Assembly: GCA_965240325.2 (NCBI GenBank)
Contig: OZ251247.1
Span: forward strand, 1,114,869-1,178,868
Direction of reading: 5' to 3'
Length of the DNA stretch: 64,000 nt
Origin: Rebecca billardiae RCC1528
Taxonomy: Eukaryota > Protista > Haptophyta
Both the position numbers and the translations under genes were made by a program. The notes below the pieces were generated by a model, which ran no database searches, had not been told where the DNA came from, and saw nothing but the letters and a program-made list of their open reading frames with translations. This document shows, piece by piece, positions 47,274-55,982 of this stretch; within the stretch, counting starts at the first letter, position 1, and each line of letters starts with the position of its first letter.

Positions 47274-48788
47274 TTAGCCAGGCAAGCCACCACCGTCATC
47301 ATCGCCGCGGACGGGCACGCGAGGCAGCCCCGCGATGCGCACCATCGGCGCGTGCCGAGCACCGTCGCCCTCTCCGGATGCTGCCGGCGGCGGCCCCACC
47401 TTGCGGCCGACGGCGGCAGAGCCATGGCCGCACGCGTGCACGCGGCCGTCGGCCGTCACGTACAGCGCGTGGCTGTCCGAGAGCGCACAGGCGGCCACGC
47501 GCTGCCCGCCCAGCAGCGCCACGCGCCACGGCACGCGGACGTCTGCCGACGCTGGGCGGCCGAGCTGCGCGTACCGGTTCTCCCCGAACGTGTGCACGCT
47601 GCCGTCGGCACCCAGCACCGCGCTGCCATCAGGCCCCGCGCTGGCACTCACAGCGCGCACGCCGCCGAGTGTGGCGATGGGCGTAGGCAGGAGCTGCCAG
47701 CGTGTAGAGCCATGGCCGAGCTCTCCAGACCAGCCGTCACCGAACGAGGACGCAGTGCCCCGCGCGTCCACCACCAGGCTGTGGCGGTTACCCGCGCTCA
47801 CGTGCACGGCGCGCACGCCAGCGAGCGCCTCGATGCGCCTCGGCGTGCGCTGATCCTGAACGTCGCCGTGGCCGAGCCGGCCATCGTAGCCCCAGCCAAA
47901 CGAGTAGACTGCACCATTGCACGAGAGCAGCAGCGTGTGCGCATATCCAGCCGACATCCCACCCACGCCCACGCCGCCCAGCACCTCGATGCGCGTCGGC
48001 TCCCACTGGTCCTTCGTGTCGCCGTGGCCGAGCTGGCCGTGGCTGTTGGCGCCCCAGCTGTACGCGCAGCCCGCGGCGGTGAGCGCGAGGCTGTGGTGGG
48101 CGCCAGCGGCGATGCCCACGACCAGCACGTCACGACGTACTGCGATCGAAGCGAAGGAAGACCGAGCCTTCCCGTCTCCAAGCCCGAGCTGGCCGCAGTA
48201 GTTCCGGCCGCAGCCGTACACGGCGCCGGCCTCGCTCAGCGCGAGCAGGTGGGCTTCGCCAGCCGCCACCGCGACCACGCGCACCGCAGAGAGCGAGGCG
48301 ACGTGCGTCGGAGCGTGCATCGGCTCGAGGTGATCATCGCCGTGCCCCAGCGCGAAGGGCGCCCGAAGAGGGGTCAGCAGCGTCTCTTCCACGCCGCACG
48401 TGTGGAGCCCGCCCTCCGCGTCCACAAACGCGCTCATCACTTCGAAATCCCCGTAAAGGGCACTGTAGCCACCACAAGCCACCACCTGCGCGTGCGCACG
48501 CGCGAGCTGGAGGACGTGCTCGCGTCCGAGCAGCTCCCCGATCCACGTGCACGACGACGCGGGCAGCGCCTCGGGCAGCGCGCGCTCGTGCCCGCGCGCG
48601 CGCGCGCGCTCGCGCAGCACGCGCTCGACCGGCGAGCTGGCGCGGCCGGGCGCGCCGCGGAAGAGGCGCGAGGCGGCGTTGGCGCTTGCGAGGTCTTGCG
48701 CGGCGGGGAGCCAGGCGAGGATGCGCTCGATCAGCTCCGGCGCCACGTCGGCGAGCGTGAGCCGCGGCAATGCAGCGGCGCTTGCCAT
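47274..48788 (-). CDS. F-box + RCC1-repeat protein A7
   Basis: Intact ORF from ATG 48788. Confidence 0.92.
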   Translation of the reverse strand: MASAAALPRLTLADVAPELIERILAWLPAAQDLASANAASRLFRGAPGRASSPVERVLRERARARGHERALPEALPASSCTWIGELLGREHVLQLARAHAQVVACGGYSALYGDFEVMSAFVDAEGGLHTCGVEETLLTPLRAPFALGHGDDHLEPMHAPTHVASLSAVRVVAVAAGEAHLLALSEAGAVYGCGRNYCGQLGLGDGKARSSFASIAVRRDVLVVGIAAGAHHSLALTAAGCAYSWGANSHGQLGHGDTKDQWEPTRIEVLGGVGVGGMSAGYAHTLLLSCNGAVYSFGWGYDGRLGHGDVQDQRTPRRIEALAGVRAVHVSAGNRHSLVVDARGTASSFGDGWSGELGHGSTRWQLLPTPIATLGGVRAVSASAGPDGSAVLGADGSVHTFGENRYAQLGRPASADVRVPWRVALLGGQRVAACALSDSHALYVTADGRVHACGHGSAAVGRKVGPPPAASGEGDGARHAPMVRIAGLPRVPVRGDDDGGGLPG

Positions 48789-48876
48789 CTCGACGCCGTC
48801 CCTCCGCCACCGTACCTCACGCCTTGGCTTGGCCGCCACCCCACTGGAGCGGCGCGGCCACTGGCCGTGGCCAAAC

Positions 48877-50007
48877 CAAGGGTAGTAAGGGTGAGCAACT
48901 CCGCTGGCGACAGCCGCGGAGGTCGGTCGGGCTCTGTTTGCCTCGGCGCCCGGTGCGAGCGGAGCGGAGCGAGTACTATCAGCGGCGGAGGGCGCTGAGG
49001 CCGCGCACGGCGTGAGGCGCGGCGTCGGCTGAGTCGGTCTGCGGAGGATGCGCGGCGCTCGGCCCGCTGCGCAGCAGCAGTGTGCCTCACTTTGCCCCGA
49101 GCGCCGTCCTCCGCGTCGCCTCCTTCCCGCCTTGGAGCAGCACGCATGTGCGCGCCGCCACCTCGAAGGCGGCACGGGCTTGCTCAGACGACCGCGCGCG
49201 TGTGGCGCGCGACTCGGTCGACTGCGCGCGCGCGCTGCCGCGGTGCAAGGTAGCGCCGTCGCATGCGCGCGCCGTGCCAGCGCGTGCCTTTGCTTACGGC
49301 CATCTCATGAGTGTAGTGCTCGTTTGTCTGCTTGCTCTCACGAATGGTTCGCTGTGCCTCACGCCAGCGCTCGTCGGTCGATCAGCGAGGTGTTGAGTGA
49401 CATTGGATACCCATGACGAAGGCCTAGCCGTGTGTATCCCTTCTCAGCACGAATGCAAGCGGACGCTATGGCTCCGCATCGATGGTACCAACACTCACGC
49501 CGCTGTCTTTTCCAGCTTCACGTCACTCGGCACTAGTCGGATGCGCAAGCAGCATTAGACATGTGTGTGAGCTCGCACTCACGTCCACGCACACGCTCTC
49601 GCAAGGCCTCGGCGCGCGTATGCGGTGGCGCTACCTTGCACCGCGGCAGCGCGCGCGCGCAGTCGACCGAGTCGCGCGCCACACGCGCGCGGTCGTCTGA
49701 GCAAGCCCGTGCCGCCTTCGAGGTGGCGGCGCGCACATGCGTGCTGCTCCAAGGCGGGAAGGAGGCGACGCGGAGGACGGCGCTCGGGGCAAAGTGAGGC
49801 ACACTGCTGCTGCGCAGCGGGCCGAGCGCCGCGCATCCTCCGCAGACCGACTCGGCCGACGCCGCGCCTCACGCCGAGCGCGGCCTCGCCGCCCTCCGCC
49901 GCTGATAGTACTCGCTCCGCTCCGCTCGCACCGGGCGCCGAGGCAAACAGAGCCCTCCCGACCTCCGTGGCTGTCGCCAGCGGAGTTGCGCACCCTTACT
50001 ACCCTTG
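48877..50007. mobile_element. Non-autonomous long-TIR (foldback) DNA transposon, P-superfamily-like, 1131 bp, inserted in the A7/B7 promoter
   Basis: Termini CAAGGGTAGTAAGGGTG...CACCCTTACTACCCTTG; ~400-bp arms; 7-bp TSD GCCAAAC (48870-48876, 50008-50014). The empty site tggccaaacggtc is seen in sibling promoters. Confidence 0.92.
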
Positions 50008-50107
50008 GCCAAACGGTCTTCGTCCGTCCAGTTGAACACCCCGGACCGAGCAGGCCCGCCGCCGAGGCGGAGGGAGCCACCGCGCGCGAGAGAAGCGCCG
50101 CCGCGTC

Positions 50108-51553
50108 ATGGCATCACGCCCCGCGACAGACGCCACGATCGGCGCGCTGCCGCCCGAGCTGCTCGCGCGCGTGCTTGGCTTTCTCGAGCGCGCGCGCGAT
50201 CTGGCCGCCGCGAACGCCGCCTCGCGCCTCTTCCGCGGCGCGCCGGGTGAGCGCTCGGCGGTCGAGCACGCGCTGCGCGAGCGCGCGCGCGCACGCGGGC
50301 ACGAGCGCGCGTTGCCCGATCTGCTGCCCGCGGCGTCGTGCACGTGGACTGAGGAGCTGTTCGCCCGCGACCGCGTGGCGACGATCGCCGCCGCGCACGC
50401 CAGCGTGCTCGCCTGCGCGGGAATCCACCGGAGCCGCTGGAGTGCGTTTGTGGACGCGGACGGCGCGCTGCACACGTGCGGCGAGGAGGAGGAGCTCACG
50501 ACGGGCGAGCCTCGCGCGCCCGAAGCACTGGGGCATCATGCATTGGCCACCGTGCCGATATGCACGCCCCAGCGCGTTGCCTCGCTCTGCGCGGTGCGCG
50601 TGGTCGCGGTGGCCGCTGGCTACGACCACCTGCTTGCGCTGAGCGATGCCGGCGCCGTGTACGGCTGCGGCTTCAACCAGTACGGCCAGCTCGGGGTGGG
50701 CGACACTGTGACGCGTTACTCGTTCGAAGCGATCGCCGCCCTCAGCGGCGAGCTCGTGGTGCACATCTGTGCCGGCTACTGGCACGGCCTCGCGCTCACC
50801 GCCGCTGGGTGTGCGTTCAGCTGGGGCAGCAACAGCGTCGGCCAGCTCGGCCACGGCGATAAGAAGAAGCGGCGGGAGCCGACGCGCATCGAGGCGCTGG
50901 ACGGCGTGCGCGTGGGCGGCATCGCCGCGGGCGAATACCACACGCTACTGCTCTCAGCCAGTGGTGCCGTCTACTCGTGCGGCTGTGGCTACTCGGGCGA
51001 GCTCGGCCACGGCGACACGGAGCATCAGCTCACGCCCAAGCGTGCCGAGGCGCTCGCCGGCGTGCGCGCGGTGCACATGAGCGCAGGGAGCGGGCACGGT
51101 CTCGTGGTGGACTCCGCTGGGCGCGTGCACGCCCTCGGGACCCGCCAGCTGGCAGACGAGTCCGAAGAGTTGCAGCTGCTGCCCAGGCGCGTCGAGGCGC
51201 TGGCGGGCGTGCGCGCCGTGCGCGCCCGTGCTGGCCACAGCAGCAGCGCGGTGCTGGGTGCGGACGGCAGCTTGCACGTGCGCGGGGAGACCGAGGTGGA
51301 CCAGTTTGACGGGGTGGGTCTTTCCCAGCCAGCGATCGCAGAGCAGCTGCGGCACGAGCGTGTCGTCGACTGCGCATTCAGCCACTCGCACGCGCTGTTT
51401 GTGACGGCCGACGGCGCGGTGCACGCGTGCGGCCGGCGCTCGGCAGCGCTGGGCAGCGGCGTCAAGCTGGGCCGCTACGGGCTTGCACAGCAGGAGGGGC
51501 TCGCGCCCATGCACGACGGCGATGCCGAGTGGTCGTCTGACAGTGACGATTGA
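50108..51553 (+). CDS. F-box + RCC1-repeat protein B7 (divergent C-terminal third)
   Basis: Intact 481-aa ORF; the last blades (DCAFSHSHALFVTADGAVHACG) differ from B1-B6. Confidence 0.9.
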   Translation: MASRPATDATIGALPPELLARVLGFLERARDLAAANAASRLFRGAPGERSAVEHALRERARARGHERALPDLLPAASCTWTEELFARDRVATIAAAHASVLACAGIHRSRWSAFVDADGALHTCGEEEELTTGEPRAPEALGHHALATVPICTPQRVASLCAVRVVAVAAGYDHLLALSDAGAVYGCGFNQYGQLGVGDTVTRYSFEAIAALSGELVVHICAGYWHGLALTAAGCAFSWGSNSVGQLGHGDKKKRREPTRIEALDGVRVGGIAAGEYHTLLLSASGAVYSCGCGYSGELGHGDTEHQLTPKRAEALAGVRAVHMSAGSGHGLVVDSAGRVHALGTRQLADESEELQLLPRRVEALAGVRAVRARAGHSSSAVLGADGSLHVRGETEVDQFDGVGLSQPAIAEQLRHERVVDCAFSHSHALFVTADGAVHACGRRSAALGSGVKLGRYGLAQQEGLAPMHDGDAEWSSDSDD

Positions 51554-51999
51554 TTTGTGCGCGCGCATGCTGAGTGCCTGCTGAGCCTGCCTCAGCCCGC
51601 TACGAGCGACAGCGGAGGCGATGGCGGGCTGCCTCGGGGCCGGCTGCCACCACCGTGATCGCGCTGGTGATGGAGCAGGCATCGGGTGGCTGTGAACATT
51701 GCTTTTTGTGGTGGCCGGCCTTTCGCTCGCGGGGCGGCCTGGCGCGTCATCGCTGCCAGATGGGGCGCACGTCGGCGTGATGCCGCGCAGTCCTGCGCCC
51801 ACCGGATGGAATTAAAAAAAAAAACTATCGTCGTCGCTGCTCGAGGCAGGAGCGCGATTCTCGTCAGAAGGATGACGAATAACGCGCCGTGCTCCGTGAT
51901 TGGCCGGCCGGAAGCTGCGTGGCGTCTCGTCACACGTCCGTCGCGGTCAGCGGCCGAAGCCGACGGCGGCCGGCGAAGCTTGGCAAGCCGCCGGGAACG

Positions 52000-52930
52000 A
52001 TGGAGCGCGCGCGCTTCGGCTCGGCCGGGCCGGGCGCGTACGTCGGAGCGGGCGCGTCGCCCGTGGTCTCGCGCGGCGGGCCGTTCGGCGCCTCAGCCGA
52101 GGTGTGCCCGCGCGCGCGCCCTCGCACGCCGTCCCACCCTTGGCGCGCGCGCGCGTGCGCGCGAGAGCGCAGCGCCGCGGCTCACGCGCGGCGCCCGAGC
52201 CCGCCGCCGCCGCGCGCGCCCCTCGCAGCGGCTGCCCTCGATCCCGCTCTCCGAGTCGATGGGCACGCTCAACGGCGGCTCGACCCTCGGCCTCGCCCCC
52301 GGCGTCCTCCAGCTGCCCCCCGCCGCCGGCCTCGTGCCGCCCCCAGAGGATGAGCAGCTGCTGCCGTTGTACAGGGCCGGTGCGCGCCGCCGCGCCCAGC
52401 GCGACACCGCGGGCGTGCAGCGCGGGGGCGCGCGCGCCCGGCGTGCGCGCTGGCGCGTGTGTGCGTGCTCGCACTCCCCCGCGCGCGCGTGACGCGGCGT
52501 GTGCGTGCGCGTGCCCTGCGCACACGGCGGCATGCGCTGGAGGGCGTGCGCGTGTGTGCGCGCGCTCACACGCGCCCACCGCCGCCGCCGCCCCTGCGCG
52601 CGCGGGCGGCGTTCGGTGCAGCGCGCGCGGTGCTGGGCGTGACGGACGCGCTCTCGCTGCTGCTGCCGCACGACTGCGCGGGCGCCTCGCCGCTCTCCCT
52701 CGAGCTGCACGACCTCGTGCTCACCACGGTACGCACCCTGCGGGCTGTGCGGCCGGAGGGGCACTGGGTGCGTACGGGGCAGGGCGGGGCGCACCGCGGG
52801 GCGCGCGCGGTGGGGCGAGGGCGGGGCGAACGCACGCCGCGCGCGCGGTGGCGAGCCGCGCGGGGCCGGCTGGACGCGGGCTGCGCTGCTGCGCTGCTGA
52901 GCCGCTCGGCGCGGCGCGGGCGCGGGCGCG

Positions 52931-52976
<46 letters not shown>

Positions 52977-55951
52977 TGGGCGGGGGTGTCGTGTGCCGCT
53001 GATGCCAACACTGCGCGGACGGCGGGACAACCGCGCGCGGCGCATGACCCGCGCGCACATACTTGATGATTCAGCTGAGGCGCACGCACGCACGCACACA
53101 CCGCGCACAAACGCATACACGCACACACAGCCGGCAGCGCGCGCGCACGGCAAGGGCGGCGCGCGTGGCCGGCGCGGCGCGGGCCGCGGCGCGCGCTCAC
53201 CGCCCGCGCGCGCCCCCGCGGCCGCGTGCGCGCGCGCGCCCGCCGCGCCGCCGCGTGCAGGTGTCGCTGGAGACGGCGCTCGTCGACTTTTGCAACGAGG
53301 AGCTCATCGGGCCGGTGTGCGCATCCGCCGCACCCGCCGCAGCTGCCCCCGCGCGCGCGCGCCGCCGCGGCCACCGCCGCGCGCGGCGCGGCCGCGGCGC
53401 GGCGCTGCGCGGCGCGCGCGCGCGGGGCGATGGCGGCGGGGCGCGGGCTGGCGCGTGGTGGGCGCCCCGCCGCGTGGCGGGCGGTGGCGCCGCGCGCGCT
53501 CGCTCACGCGCGCCCCGCCACGCCCGCTGCGCCCCTCCGCGCGGCGGCGGCGCGCAGCCGGGCGTGGGCGCGGACGGCGGCGCGGCCGCGGCCGCGATGG
53601 CCGCGGCTGCGTCCGCGGCGGGCGGCGCGGGCGGCGCGCACCACCACGCCGGCGTCGGGCTGCTGGGCGGCGGCGGCGCGGGCGCGAAGGCAGAGACCCT
53701 CATCGACGCGCTCGCCAAGGCGCGCTACGCCTCCGTCCGCCGCCGCGCCGCGCTCCTCTCCGGCGGCATCGCCTCTCTCCTCGAGCTGATCGCAGCGTCG
53801 TGCGAGGCCGCGCAGGCAGAACTCGGGGCGTTGCTCGCGCTGGCGGCGGCGCCGCCGGCGGTGCGGCTGGCGCGCGCGCTCGGCGGCGCGCTGCGCAGGT
53901 GCGTGCGTGCGTGCGTGCGTGCGTGCGTGTGTGCCCGCCTACCCCGCAGCGCCCGGCGCTCACGCCCAGCCCGCGCGCCGGCGCGCCGCCTCTGCGCGCA
54001 GGCCGCGGCCGCCGCGCGCGCCCGACGCCGCGGCCGCGCTGCTGGCGTGCGCGCTGGGCGTGGCGGCGGTGCGCTCGGCGCGCTCGGCGCGCCGCGCGGC
54101 GCGCGCGGCGGGCGGGCCGTGGGCGGAGCGGCCGATGCGCGCGGCCGCGCGCGCCGCGCGGCTCGCGCTCGGCGCCGCCGCGTGCCTCGGCGGCGCCACC
54201 GCGCTCGGCGCGGTCTCAGCGCTGCGAGCCGCCGACGGCCTCGGCTGGCGGCTCGGCTCGGCGCGCGCGCCGCTCGCGCCGCCCGCGCTCGCGCGCGCGT
54301 CGCTCGCGCGGCTCGACGGGCACCACCGCCGGCTGCAGCTGCTGCTGCGCTACTGGGCGCTGTGCACGCACATGCTGCGCACCGCGCATCGGTGCGCGCC
54401 CGCGGACCGCCCGCGAACCGCCCGCGCCGCCGCGCCGCCGCCGCCGCTGACACCCGCGCCGCGTTGCGTTGCGCCCGCGGCGGCGCAGGCACCGCGCGGG
54501 CTCGTATGCGGCGCTGGCGGCTGCGGTGCACTCGGCGCACGGCGCGCCGCCGCCGTCGTCGCGCGTCTCCTCGCACGCCTCCGGCCTCCACGCCCTCGGC
54601 GCCGACGGCACCGGAGGCGGCGGCGGTGGCGGTGGCGGCGGCGGTGGTGTGGGTGGCGGTGGCGGCGGCGCGCTGCGCTCGTCGTCGTCGCTGCAGGCGC
54701 TGTGCGCGCTGCTGATGCCGCCGGTCACGCCGCAGCACGCGGGCCTGAGCCCGGGGGGCGCGTCCTCGGCGTGCGCGCTCGCCGCGTCGACGTCGACCGC
54801 GCCGGGCGTCCTCCGCTCACACTCGCCGCCGCAGCAGCAGCTACAGCAGACGCTGCCGCCGCCGCCGCAGCAGCACCCGCCGCCGCCGCACCTGCCGCCG
54901 GCGCGCTCGTTCGTGCAGCTCATCCTCACGCCGCGCGAGGTGGACTTTGTGGACAGCCTCAAGCCGCGCTCGCGGCTGCTGCTCGAGCGCGCGCCGCCGC
55001 CGGGCGCGCGCGCGTACTGGCTCTCCTCGTCCGCGCACGCCGCGCTCTCCGCGCAGCGGCTGGCGATGGACGTGGCGTACGCGGCGTGTCTGGCCGCGCT
55101 GCGCGCGCGCGAGGCGGTCGAGGCGGCGGCGGCGGAGGGCGGCGGCGGCGTGGCGGGGAGCGTGCCGCCCTGGGCTGTGCGCGCGCTCGCGGCGTGGCTG
55201 GTCCCGTACTACGCCATCTGCCCCGGCGCGCGCGCCGCCGCCGTGTACGCGCTGCACCAGACGGCGACCGCACTCGACTTCCAGACGATCTTCGGCGCGC
55301 TGCGCTCGGACGGCGGGCTGCGGTGCGCGCTCGCCGCGCGGAACGGGTGGGCGGCGGTGAGCGGGCGGGTGGGGAGGGCGCTCGGGCGCGTGCGCGGCGC
55401 GCGGCAGGGCGCGGCGCTGCTCGACGCGCTGCTCGACCGGCTGCTCGGCGCGCCCGGCCCCGCGCTGCCGCCGCTGCCGCCGCCCGCCGCCGCGCGGCGC
55501 GCGTCGTCGCCGCCCGCGCCGCCGCCGGGCGTGGCGGCGTGGGGCGGCGCGGCGCGCGCGTGGCCGGCGCGCGGCGGCGGCGCGGCGGGCGGCGGCGGCG
55601 GTGCGGGCGGCGGCGCGCGCGCGACGCCGCCGCCCGCGCCCGCGCCGCCCGCCGGCCCGCTCTCGTCCTGGCTCGCGCGCGCCGCCACGCCCGCCGCGCG
55701 CGCGCCCACCGTGCACTGTCGCCTCGTCACGCTGTCGTGGCACGCGCGGCCGGGCGGGCCGGGCGCGGCGTTCGGCGCTGCGGGCGGCGGCGCGTGCGGC
55801 GAGGGCGCGTCGGGCCTCGGGCCCAACCGCGTGCGCTGCTACGTGCTCTCAGCGCAGCCGCTCGGCGAGGGCGCCGCGTCCGCCGCCGCGCGGCGCGCGG
55901 CGAGCGGCGGCGGCGGCGGCGGCGGCGGCAGCACACGCGGCGGCGGCTCGC

Positions 55952-55982
<31 letters not shown>

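Noticed and set aside
26528-49175. N-terminal extensions of A-type ORFs in the track (785, 612, 634, 633 aa, etc.)
   Set aside because: The extensions run through the promoter, the antisense of B genes or transposon arms and are not conserved in frame; the conserved start is MASAAALPRL.
21629-51553. Diversity-generating retroelement as the source of RCC1 variability
   Set aside because: No reverse transcriptase or template repeat is present, and the substitutions are not adenine-specific; the pattern fits conversion plus selection.
24618-51553. Calling the array genes UVR8, RCC1 or HERC
   Set aside because: They lack the conserved GWRHT triad of UVR8 and any HECT domain; they share only the RCC1-type repeat and carry an N-terminal F-box.
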